Assembly (NCBI GenBank): GCA_964619725.1
Contig: CAZUFC010000157.1
Coordinates: forward strand, 1 to 17,523
Reading direction: 5' to 3'
DNA: 17,523 bases
Source: an uncultured bacterium
GTDB taxonomy: Bacteria > CSSED10-310 > CAZUFC01
Under the pieces are notes generated by a model. That model searched no databases, had not been told where the DNA came from, and was given only the letters and a program-made list of their open reading frames with translations. Of this stretch, positions 1 to 8,450 are shown piece by piece. The first letter of the stretch is position 1; every line of letters starts with the position of its first letter. The translations under genes were made by a program, and so were the position numbers.

Positions 1-1
1 A

Positions 2-201
2 GTGCCTGTCCATAAACTCGATTGTCGATTCAAAATTTAATGCTGGACAGCCACTGCGGTTTTTGATCCATAAACGAGCGAATTTTTCTTAAGACAAGGA
101 TGGTAAGGATTTGAGAGGCAGGGATGTTGCATATACGTTGACTGAGCAAATACGAAGACAGACGCAGAATTGGGGGAAATTCGCCGTTTATAGACAAAAA
201 C
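2..201. mobile_element. MITE-like non-autonomous repeat, copy 1 (~200 bp, no ORF)
   Basis: Aligns end to end with the reverse complement of 15680-15878 (about 85% identity by hand count). Imperfect terminal inverted repeats GTGCCTGTCCATAAAC ... GTTTATAGACAAAAAC. Internal hairpins: 1-12 pairs with 44-55, and 59-91 with 171-201. Left flank is cut by the window edge. Confidence 0.75.
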
Positions 202-3200
202 TAACTATCCCTCGAAATCTGTTCATTCAGCAACTTTTCAATATAGTCGTATTCTTCATCCCGTTCAAAGAAAAGAATATGAGCATCGGAAAACTTCTGA
301 CGATTCCAGTTTCCTTCATATTTTTTTCGGAGGTCCTGGAAGGGAGTGGCTGAGATTATGTAGGAGTCCAGGATAACGTTTCTGATTCCGCTTCTTTCGC
401 TCATGCGTTTCGCCAGAGCGGGAAGTTCTTTATGAAGCTGGACTTTATTGTCCTTGTCTTGTGCATCGGCATGAACCATTCCGTGCGGCTCTACGAATAC
501 TATATGCTGCCGTTTACCCTTTTTAATCCATAAAATGAAATCGGGGTAGAAATATCTTCCCTCGAAGAAACCTATGCCGGAGCCTTTGCTCAAGTTCCTC
601 AGCAGAAAAAGTTCGACGTCCGCCAGGGATTTGTTTCTTTCTTTCAGCCAGTAATCTTTCAAGTCCGTTACGAATTTTTTTTCGCTTTCATTCAATCCGG
701 GCGGCGACATTTTCATTTTGTCGCCGTATTCGACCAGCAAGGGCTGATACAGATGTCTGTCGAAATGTATGCGGGGCAGTTCTTTCGATTCCCGGTCGTA
801 GAGTTGTTCCACGTTTTTTATCAGTTTAACTATTTGTGCGGTCAGCTCCTTTTCCGAGCGCTTTACTTTTACCGTGTACTGTCCTGACGCCTCTTCTTCG
901 GCGGAGGCGCCGTTTAATCTGAGATTGGGATCGTCGTCATCCAGTCGCTTGTAGATCATATTTTTGCAATCCCAATGTTCCCGTTTTCTCCTGTAAAAAG
1001 CGTCGACGTATTTTCGCATGATGTTCGTCGCGGCATCCTGCAACAGTGAAACATCCTGAAAAGATTCAGGACTGACGACCGTTTCGTCGGCGATGAGCCT
1101 GTACAACCTGTTCGGCTCCGTACGGCTCAGTATCTTCTTCGGCGCGTCCGGTTTAACGGCCAGGTTCGTCATTCCCTTGCGCTCTTTGTATTCAAGCAGG
1201 TCGAAATATAATTTCTCCCAGTCGATCAGCCCTAAATTCCCGGAAGGTATGGGCTTTTCTTCTCCCCTGTTCATGTCCATTCTCAATAGGCCTTCACGGG
1301 CGCTTTCCAACGACTGAACTTTTAAACTCATGTCTACCCTGACGGTAATATCCGGATCAGGTTCCAACATGATGCTCACTTCCCTCGCGAAATTGCGATC
1401 TTCCGGCAATCGCGGAACCACCAGACCTTTTTTCAAAAAATTCCTGTTCGGTTTGACGAAAAGAGGGAGGTCCGTATAGCCCTCTGTCTCTATGCCTTCT
1501 CTTTCCAGGTAATTGCTGAACTGAGACATATAGTCCGCACGCACTGAGAATATGTTCAGGGTCTCCAGCAGATTTAGCCGTTCGGGATGTTTTCCGTCCA
1601 GGGCTTCGCTTCTTTTCAGGGTGAATCCTTTTCCGCGCAGACGCACTCCGCGGCCGAAGAGCTGAATTATTTGCGATCCTTCGCTGCGGCCTATGTTCAG
1701 CAAACCCATGTTCGATACGCGCCAGGAATTCCATCCTTCCATGAACTTTTTGGCGCCGATGAGAACATCGATGCCTGTTTCCGGATCATTTATGCCGTCA
1801 AACAATGAATCGGAAATGGCGTCCTCTTCGATCGTCATTCCGGCATCGTCCTTATCGGCCAATTTCCTGAATTCGCGTGTATCGCCGATATAAATGACTC
1901 CGAAATAGTCTTCACCGCTGGCCGCTTTCAAACCTATTTCACCCTCTGCGCCGCGGATATCGCACAGATGCAAACCGCCGCCCGACGGAGTTTGAAAGAT
2001 TTCAGCCAGTATGTTCCGGTAAATGTCCCCGGCTTTGAGTCCCAGGTCATTGATATAATCGAATTTGCCCTCGAATACGTCCTGTCCGTAAGGGCTTACC
2101 AGCTTTGTTTTTCCTTCCGTGAGTTTTTTAATCGTTCTGACGGACCAGTTTCGCCTGTTTTCCAGAACATGATGAAAAAAACGCACTACGTCCAACACGT
2201 CGCTCCGTTTTTTCTTGTTCCTGGTATAAACAGCGTTCACTGTACCGCCGACGAATACCCATAACGGTTTTTCAAGATTATACGGTCGGAGTTCCTCTTC
2301 ACGCGTCCGAAACAAACGTTTCTGCTGATAAAAAGAAAGCAGATTGCCCATCATCAGCGTTTCTGTTATGTCATCAGTCGTCTGCTCTCTCAGATTCAGC
2401 ACGCGGAAGTCTTTGCCGTATCCGTCTCCGTGGAAATATCGGTAGGAGTAATCGAAAATGATGTTTTTTCCGTATTCCGCCGTAAGTTCGTCGTTTTTTG
2501 CCGCAGTAAGCGCCTGTCCGAACGTGGCGCTGTATTCGAACGTGAATCCGGTTACGTCCAATCTGCTGCGCAAATATCGCCATCCCTTCTGATTCTTCGT
2601 GCTCGAACTGCCCTTGTGTCCCTCATCCACGAAAATCAAATTGTTCCCCTCGAATGCTTCCACCGGAACGCTCAATCCCCCGCCCTTCTTGTCCTCAACC
2701 AGCTTGGTTATCTCTATGACCCGAACGTCGTTCCTGTAACTGGACGACAATCCGGTTTCGTTCAACTCGAAACGTCTGCAGGGAATGCCGGAAGCGGTCA
2801 TTTCTTCCATATGCTGGTCGCTGAGTCCTTCATTGGGCGTTATCAGCAGTATGTTATCCAGCGGTTTTTCGTTGTAATGGAGAAACTGACGATAATTTAT
2901 GTGCATGATAAGCGTCTTGCCGCTGCCGGTCGCCATCCAGTACGCCAGCTTATTCAGGTCCGATTCATTAAAATATGGGTCATTCGGTTCGTTTAAGATT
3001 TTTGAAGCGTTTCGCTCATCTATGAAATGATTCAATAAACGCAGAAACTTCGTCCTTTTGTTGAAATACAGGTCCAGAAACAATTCAGTGTAAAGAACGG
3101 CCAGGTATTGGAAATATCGGAGAGTGACCGGTTCGGACCGGCGGACGTTCATTGCCTGCAGATGGTCGCGGATGTTGTCGTCATAACGGACCAGATCGGT

Positions 3201-3440
3201 TCTGGGAATTCTTACCTTGGCCCCGCGAGCGTCCAGTCGATGGTAAACATAGCTGCGGCCCGATGCGTCGAAGCCTTCCGCCGATTCCTTGATGTCCGAC
3301 AGCAGATCGCGGTTTTTACCGTATCCGAACTGTGCATTCAACCAGGCAAGCAGAACCAGACGTTTCTCCAGTTTTATATAACGTGCCGTGCCTTTATCTT
3401 CATTTCCTCCGCCGGAAAATGAGTTTTTACGTCTTGCCAA
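201..3440 (-). CDS. res: Type III restriction-modification system restriction subunit (Res; SF2 DEAD/DEAH-like ATPase + C-terminal PD-(D/E)xK-type nuclease)
   Basis: 1079 aa. Walker A MATGSGKT, Walker B FVDEGH, motif III YSAT, motif V EGWN, motif VI QLFGRGVR, C-terminal YPDFILW...FVEPHG. TTG start preceded by AAAAGGGG RBS. Downstream of a mod gene in the same orientation. Confidence 0.9.
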   Translation of the reverse strand: MARRKNSFSGGGNEDKGTARYIKLEKRLVLLAWLNAQFGYGKNRDLLSDIKESAEGFDASGRSYVYHRLDARGAKVRIPRTDLVRYDDNIRDHLQAMNVRRSEPVTLRYFQYLAVLYTELFLDLYFNKRTKFLRLLNHFIDERNASKILNEPNDPYFNESDLNKLAYWMATGSGKTLIMHINYRQFLHYNEKPLDNILLITPNEGLSDQHMEEMTASGIPCRRFELNETGLSSSYRNDVRVIEITKLVEDKKGGGLSVPVEAFEGNNLIFVDEGHKGSSSTKNQKGWRYLRSRLDVTGFTFEYSATFGQALTAAKNDELTAEYGKNIIFDYSYRYFHGDGYGKDFRVLNLREQTTDDITETLMMGNLLSFYQQKRLFRTREEELRPYNLEKPLWVFVGGTVNAVYTRNKKKRSDVLDVVRFFHHVLENRRNWSVRTIKKLTEGKTKLVSPYGQDVFEGKFDYINDLGLKAGDIYRNILAEIFQTPSGGGLHLCDIRGAEGEIGLKAASGEDYFGVIYIGDTREFRKLADKDDAGMTIEEDAISDSLFDGINDPETGIDVLIGAKKFMEGWNSWRVSNMGLLNIGRSEGSQIIQLFGRGVRLRGKGFTLKRSEALDGKHPERLNLLETLNIFSVRADYMSQFSNYLEREGIETEGYTDLPLFVKPNRNFLKKGLVVPRLPEDRNFAREVSIMLEPDPDITVRVDMSLKVQSLESAREGLLRMDMNRGEEKPIPSGNLGLIDWEKLYFDLLEYKERKGMTNLAVKPDAPKKILSRTEPNRLYRLIADETVVSPESFQDVSLLQDAATNIMRKYVDAFYRRKREHWDCKNMIYKRLDDDDPNLRLNGASAEEEASGQYTVKVKRSEKELTAQIVKLIKNVEQLYDRESKELPRIHFDRHLYQPLLVEYGDKMKMSPPGLNESEKKFVTDLKDYWLKERNKSLADVELFLLRNLSKGSGIGFFEGRYFYPDFILWIKKGKRQHIVFVEPHGMVHADAQDKDNKVQLHKELPALAKRMSERSGIRNVILDSYIISATPFQDLRKKYEGNWNRQKFSDAHILFFERDEEYDYIEKLLNEQISRDS

Positions 3441-3571
3441 GATTTGTTCCCCTTTTTAAATTATTTATTATATGTTAAATGATATTCATAACTATTACTG
3501 CAACCAGCAAAACAGGCACGAAATCGAATTCTGGTAAAAAGTAATGACTCTTCATTATTCAATTATTTCCT

Positions 3572-3901
3572 TCAGCTATTAACAGTTTTTTCGATTAATG
3601 GAGGCAGCTCATAGCTAACGGTATCATAGACCAATTCATAATCAATTACGTCGTAACCGTGAATAAGTCTGTTTCTCATACCGATTATTTTTTGCCAGGG
3701 GATTTCCGTATGGCGTCGCATGCATTCATTCGTTACGCGATTTGCTGCTTCGCCGATTATTTCAATCAGGCGCGTCAACGCCAATTGCAACACCCGGTCA
3801 TGCTCCAATTCCTCCCTTTCTTTACCCTCCAGTAGTTTTACAGCTTCTTCTGAGTGACTCAGCATATCTTTCAGACTTACAACATCATCACGTTTGCTCA
3901 T
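3572..3901 (-). CDS. HepT-like HEPN ribonuclease toxin (DUF86 family)
   Basis: 109 aa with IIGEAA...IPWQKIIGMRNRLIHGY, i.e. the HEPN RX4H motif followed by GY. Overlaps the upstream MNT gene by 14 bp. Confidence 0.9.
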   Translation of the reverse strand: MSKRDDVVSLKDMLSHSEEAVKLLEGKEREELEHDRVLQLALTRLIEIIGEAANRVTNECMRRHTEIPWQKIIGMRNRLIHGYDVIDYELVYDTVSYELPPLIEKTVNS

Positions 3902-4190
3902 ACTGCACCTCAGCCGAAGCCAGAACTTCGTCCCGGAAATGCGGATTAAGTCCTTTTACCGTATGTATTTCAACGTTACGACCAAGAAGACGGCCTAACT
4001 CAATTTCCAGTCCGGCAAGTTTAATAAGGCCCACGCGTGCGTCCGGCATGAATTCCGCCAGTACATCAATATCGCTTTCAGTCCCGAAATCTTCACGCAA
4101 TACCGACCCGAAAAAGGACAGTTTCTTAATTGAATTGCACCGGCAAAAATCCGCCAATTTATCCTTCTGAACCGCTGTCATCACACTCAT
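3888..4190 (-). CDS. Minimal nucleotidyltransferase (MNT, MntA-like antitoxin)
   Basis: 100 aa with FFGSVLREDFGTESDIDVLAEF (GS-x10-DxD) and LLGRNVE. ATGA overlap with the mod stop at 4187-4190. Paired with a HEPN gene. Confidence 0.9.
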   Translation of the reverse strand: MSVMTAVQKDKLADFCRCNSIKKLSFFGSVLREDFGTESDIDVLAEFMPDARVGLIKLAGLEIELGRLLGRNVEIHTVKGLNPHFRDEVLASAEVQYEQT

Positions 4191-7100
4191 GACGGAACCT
4201 CAGCAAACATCCGGGACTTGAATAAAGGCTCAAGCGCCCTGGCCTCAGAAATGAACGAGTCCCCGTTAACGAAAACTTCGTCGATGCCTTCCGTGAGTTT
4301 ATTTTTCTCCACGAATTTTTTATCCCTTTCCAGCTCCTTTTTTTCCCAACCCTCGGTATCGCGCCAGATGACCGCGACCTTCCGGCTGTCGACCCGGCCG
4401 CGATAGACGAGATATCGCCGATCTTCATCATAATGAACCCTGCGGGTTTCGACATGTAGACCCAGAAGATAATTGAACGTTTCCGGTATGTCGATTTTTC
4501 TCTCCCGGGTTTCTCCGTCACGGTGAATCTTCATTTTGTAATCGAAGGGTTTCGATAATTTTTCCGTATTCAGAAGCGTCTTGCTGGATCGAGTCTCCCA
4601 TTTGAGCATGTACTTCAGCAGATAATCATCGAATTTTAATGCCTTCTGACCCGTGCCGTCGTCAAACTCGATGTTGTTCAAAGCGTCCTCGTAACTTTCC
4701 AGACGCATATACTTGATTATTCGAGGACTGCGCTCCGCTTCCTCCTTCGTCGCCATGCGCTTCGGCCTGCCGTCTTTCCATTCCGGCGTTAGAGTGACTC
4801 TTTTTAACCTCGGAACCAAATCAGTATCAAAATAACTTGAAATTTCAATTAGTATAAATTTTCTATTTCCGCCAGAAATTTGATTTAATTTTATTACGCT
4901 ATGTCCTGTCGACCCAGATCCAGCAAATGCGTCAATTATTATATCTGAACCTTCCGTACAACATTCGCATAGGATTTTTATGAGTTCAGTGGGTTTAGGA
5001 AATTTATAGTGAGTTAATTCTCCCAAAATATTCCTTAATTCTCCAGTTCCCTGTTGTGTGTAAATTCCATCAATAATTGAATAAACTTTTGCTCCTCTGA
5101 CTTCTCCATCTTCGCTTTTTAAATATTGTTTATAATTAACAGAAATATTTCCATCACCTTTTTCCTTAAAAATAATTTCATCGTTATTTATAGCAGATAA
5201 TGTGCGCTTTTCGCTCCATTGCCACTGTTTGTGAGGCCAGATTTTTTTCCCTTTGTAGTGAATTGGATATCTAAGATTTGGTCTTTTGTCCATACTAGTT
5301 GTTGCTAAAGGTTGGAGTCTATAAGGGCCTCTTTCCTTGAACTTGGAATCTCTATACTTGTAATACCGATCAATTACTTTTTCGTCAGGGCTCAGCTCTA
5401 TTTGTTCTAAGACATCAAGATCGTTGGCGTAAGCCCAAACATATTCGTGAAGATTAACGACATGTTTAGCCTTCGATCCACCTCCATAGCTTTTCTTCCA
5501 TATTAAAATTTCAAGTCTATTTTCTGCACCAAAGATATAATTAAGAAGCATTGGCGTTATTGATGCTTCATGTTCATCAGTCGATAGAAAAAAAAGTGCA
5601 TTGTGGGTCATGAGTTTTTTCATCATAAGAATGCGATCATGAATCATTCCCACCCAACTCGCGTGTTTATAGCTATCTTTGTAAGGAAACCCATCCGATC
5701 CTGTGTTGTATGGCGGGTCTATGTATATACACTTTATTTTTTTTCTATAATTCTCAACAAGCAAATTTATTGATTGCCAATTTTCTCCCTGAATAAGCGT
5801 CCCATCAGTAATAGCATTTAGATTGACAATACTATTGAATAGCTTATCTAAAAAATCCTTATCGAAATAACGTGTGTCAAGTAATAGCGTCGGATTATCC
5901 TTAATAAATCTTATTCGTTGTGACCTTTGCACCTCAATAGAATCAATATTATGCTTCGGTTTTTCTTCATAATTACACATTTGTTCCCATTCTATCCACT
6001 GCTGTTCATTTCCTGCTATGTAAAAATATAATTCCTCCGCTATTAAACTAACCCTAACACAATACTGAGTCTCAACCACAAATTTTCTTTTTTCCCAGAG
6101 CATTTTCTGGAACTCTTCAATTTGGTGGAGGAATTCGATAATGTCTGCTCCGATGTTTTTAATGATTCGCATAAGCTGGAACCAGCCTTCTGTACGTTCT
6201 TCGCCGGCGGCTTCCATTTCGTCGAGGTTCAGGACTTCGTTTTTCAGGTAAAAATCAAGTTCTCTTGTGAGAAATCCTTTAAGGTCTTTATGAATGAAAA
6301 AGTCGGACGTGTTTTTTCTGGTGTACTGTCGCAGGTGATGTTCAAGGTTGGTAACGGCTTCTCCCTTGTCTGTTTTACGTTTTTCTGCAATGAGCGCGGC
6401 CAGGGCGTCTCCTTCTGTTCTTGTCGACAGTCGTTTCGGGATTTCTTCCGCGGATTCGTTTATGATCTTCTCCTGAATGTTTTTCTTGCCGTATTTAATT
6501 TCTTCATCCTTCTTAAGGGGGCGATACACCACCGGGATGACAATCCGGCGGGAATCTGCATCCCAGGCCGTTTCATCGGAGATGGGCATGAAGTAACGTT
6601 TGTCGCCTTTGACGTTATCCTGTTCGAGGTCTGCAGTTTTCAATCTGAAATGGACTTTCACATCTTTATATTTGAATTCATAATCCTGAAGATGTTCGGC
6701 GGTTTTGACGTAATACTGATCGCTGTTGGCCCAGTAAAGGTATACTTCTTCGCCGTTGTAGGGAATTGCGTAACGGTTTTTTCGTGAATACCGTCTTTTG
6801 GATATGAAATCGCCGTCCTGATAATACCGGCTGAAAAACGTATAGAGGTGATTGAATATGCTTATTTCGAGAGACTTTTGGTCACGCACGCCTTCGGCCT
6901 TTGTTTTAAGCGCCTGATATTTTCTGCTCAGTTCGGTTTCCTGGTATTTCAGGAGATTTCCGTCTCCGTCCAGGGCATCACTGCCCAGCGTCGCTTTTAC
7001 CTGTTCGGCGGTCTTTTCGAGTTCATGCGCTGAATGCGACTGGTCGGCTAATGCGCCCCGATCGAGCTCATCTTTTACTGAACGGGGCAGATCGTCGGCG

Positions 7101-7225
7101 ATAAATTTTTCGATAACGTCACGCTTGTAATTCATGATGCGGTAAATGCCGAAGTCCAGGTCAGCGCAGTCGAACTGGAAAAGTTCCCTTAATAATTCCT
7201 GAAATTTCTTTAACGATTCGCTCAT
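4187..7225 (-). CDS. mod: Type III R-M modification methyltransferase (Mod; beta-class amino-methyltransferase, likely N6-adenine)
   Basis: 1012 aa. Motif IV CIYIDPPYNTG (DPPY at 5708-5719) precedes motif I DAFAGSGSTG (FAGSG at 4913-4927), with the TRD and FPKP between them. N-terminus LFQFDCADLDFGIYRIMN and C-terminal LESYEDALNN / ETFNYLLGL resemble long Mod proteins. AAGGA RBS upstream. Confidence 0.9.
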   Translation of the reverse strand: MSESLKKFQELLRELFQFDCADLDFGIYRIMNYKRDVIEKFIADDLPRSVKDELDRGALADQSHSAHELEKTAEQVKATLGSDALDGDGNLLKYQETELSRKYQALKTKAEGVRDQKSLEISIFNHLYTFFSRYYQDGDFISKRRYSRKNRYAIPYNGEEVYLYWANSDQYYVKTAEHLQDYEFKYKDVKVHFRLKTADLEQDNVKGDKRYFMPISDETAWDADSRRIVIPVVYRPLKKDEEIKYGKKNIQEKIINESAEEIPKRLSTRTEGDALAALIAEKRKTDKGEAVTNLEHHLRQYTRKNTSDFFIHKDLKGFLTRELDFYLKNEVLNLDEMEAAGEERTEGWFQLMRIIKNIGADIIEFLHQIEEFQKMLWEKRKFVVETQYCVRVSLIAEELYFYIAGNEQQWIEWEQMCNYEEKPKHNIDSIEVQRSQRIRFIKDNPTLLLDTRYFDKDFLDKLFNSIVNLNAITDGTLIQGENWQSINLLVENYRKKIKCIYIDPPYNTGSDGFPYKDSYKHASWVGMIHDRILMMKKLMTHNALFFLSTDEHEASITPMLLNYIFGAENRLEILIWKKSYGGGSKAKHVVNLHEYVWAYANDLDVLEQIELSPDEKVIDRYYKYRDSKFKERGPYRLQPLATTSMDKRPNLRYPIHYKGKKIWPHKQWQWSEKRTLSAINNDEIIFKEKGDGNISVNYKQYLKSEDGEVRGAKVYSIIDGIYTQQGTGELRNILGELTHYKFPKPTELIKILCECCTEGSDIIIDAFAGSGSTGHSVIKLNQISGGNRKFILIEISSYFDTDLVPRLKRVTLTPEWKDGRPKRMATKEEAERSPRIIKYMRLESYEDALNNIEFDDGTGQKALKFDDYLLKYMLKWETRSSKTLLNTEKLSKPFDYKMKIHRDGETRERKIDIPETFNYLLGLHVETRRVHYDEDRRYLVYRGRVDSRKVAVIWRDTEGWEKKELERDKKFVEKNKLTEGIDEVFVNGDSFISEARALEPLFKSRMFAEVPS

Positions 7226-7326
7226 GTTTTTCCTTTTCCTTCGTTAATTAATAAAAGCCGGTTTTCAATAATATCCGTTGATTGAAAAAATAAAAGAAAA
7301 AAATGTCTTTATGACTGTTATGAATG

Positions 7327-7611
7327 CCCCCCCTAAATCCCCCCGCGAGCGGGGGGACTTCTGGCATCGGCTCGTTCAAGCGCTTCAGGAATAAATCCCC
7401 CGCTAGCGGGGGGACTTTTCCGCCGAATGATCGCCCCGTTTCATGTATTTTTAAATCCTCCCGCGAGCGGGTGGACTTTGATTTCAGCGGCGTCTGATTC
7501 ACCGGCTCAGGCATATGTGCTTCCCTTTTCGTTTCTTTGAAAATACGGCTCGCCTTCATCATTTGAATCTCTTCGTTGCTCCCCTCAATCACACCGCGAG
7601 CCGGGGGATTT
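7327..7611. repeat. Array of four palindromic REP-like repeats, consensus TAAATCCCCCCGCGAGCGGGGGGACTT
   Basis: Copies at 7334-7360, 7392-7417, 7452-7478 and a degenerate copy at 7585-7611, all in the same orientation. Each has a GC-rich hairpin (CCCCCGC-N2-GCGGGGG). Confidence 0.85.
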
Positions 7612-7827
7612 TGTTGTACTTGAAATTTTTTGATCGACTGTTGTTTTTTCGTCAAACATTTCACATTATTTCTCAGTCAATGTCAGGAGATGTGAAGTTC
7701 TTTTCCCGATTAAATAATTTATGAAATCGATGAACTTTTTTCAAGCGGGAATAAAAGGAAATTCGACGGAGTTGAGTATTATCTTCAAATTGCCGATGAA
7801 CAGCCCGCTTTCTGTTATTCATAATAT

Positions 7828-7856
7828 CCTGTCCGGCGAACGAATTGGCGGACAGG
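7828..7856. repeat. Isolated GC-rich stem-loop, REP-like (CCTGTCCG...CGGACAGG)
   Basis: cctgtccggcgaacgaattggcggacagg: outer 8 bp pair perfectly, inner pairing is imperfect. Confidence 0.55.
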
Positions 7857-7961
7857 CGCCGCCTTCGATAAGCAATCCGGCCTTTACTCTATCTTCTCTC
7901 TAATACGCCATCCTTCCATTCTTCCGCCCTACCATTTTCACCTACACTTTTTCCATTACAG

Positions 7962-7994
7962 GTGAAACATTCCCTGTTTTTGATTATAATCAAA
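7962..7994 (+). promoter_or_regulatory. Putative sigma70 promoter with overlapping palindromic operator
   Basis: GTGAAA (7962-7967)-N17-TATAAT (7985-7990). The -10 box lies inside the perfect 16-bp palindrome TTTGATTATAATCAAA (7979-7994), about 50 bp upstream of the ATG at 8046. Confidence 0.5.
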
Positions 7995-8045
7995 GAACGG
8001 ACGGTTTACGGTTTACATCCGTTTATTTGAAAAAGTAGTGAATCT

Positions 8046-8234
8046 ATGAGTCAAACGATAACGATAGAGCTGCCGGATGAGGTTTTCCTGGGACTTCAAA
8101 AGACGCCCGATCAAATGGCCGTCGAATTGCCTCTTGCAGCTTCAGTGAAATGGTATGAAGCAGGATTGATAAGTCAGGGCAAGGCTGCCGCCTCCTATTT
8201 CTGTTCAGCTCCAAACCGGCAACATTCAAAGTAA
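8046..8234 (+). pseudogene. Truncated UPF0175-family (predicted HTH antitoxin) gene
   Basis: MSQTITIELPDEVF...LAASVKWYEAGLISQGKAA matches the UPF0175 pattern up to GKAA. The expected E-x-AG-x-S HTH continuation is replaced by unrelated ASYFCSAP..., and the ORF ends overlapping the convergent hicA. Confidence 0.65.
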
Positions 8235-8450
8235 TTCTATGAGGTCATCCTTAGAAATTTCACAATCTCTTAATAATTTAGAGAGAAGTCCATGACCTAT
8301 GGTTTCTCCCCGATGAACCGGAATAACAGTGCAACGCCCATCTACATGTCTTAAAAAATGGTGGCTGCCTTTTATTCTGATGACTTCAAACCCTATTTTG
8401 CGTAACGCACGAATAAGTTTTCTACCTGTCAGTGAAGGGGTTTGAGTCAT
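8226..8450 (-). CDS. hicA: HicA-family mRNA interferase toxin
   Basis: 74 aa, LIRALRKIGFEVIRIKGSHHFLRH...TVIPVH...G.L..IL-type pattern with the GSH catalytic His. ATGA overlap with hicB. Confidence 0.9.
   Translation of the reverse strand: MTQTPSLTGRKLIRALRKIGFEVIRIKGSHHFLRHVDGRCTVIPVHRGETIGHGLLSKLLRDCEISKDDLIELL

Noticed and set aside
3558..3595. Possible frameshift at an A6 run near the HepT C-terminus
   Set aside because: It would affect only the last few residues; the protein length is normal and the RX4H motif is intact.
5588..5744. A8/T8 homopolymers in mod as phase-variation tracts
   Set aside because: Short runs are expected in an AT-rich segment, the frame is intact, and there is no long simple-sequence repeat typical of phase-variable mod genes.
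7334..7611. Bona fide CRISPR array
   Set aside because: Only 3-4 non-identical repeats, irregular last spacing and no cas genes in the window. Recorded as a REP-like repeat instead.
7248..7664. 138-aa minus-strand ORF upstream of mod
   Set aside because: Its repeated VPPLAG peptides are translations of the palindromic repeats, and it has no recognisable domain.
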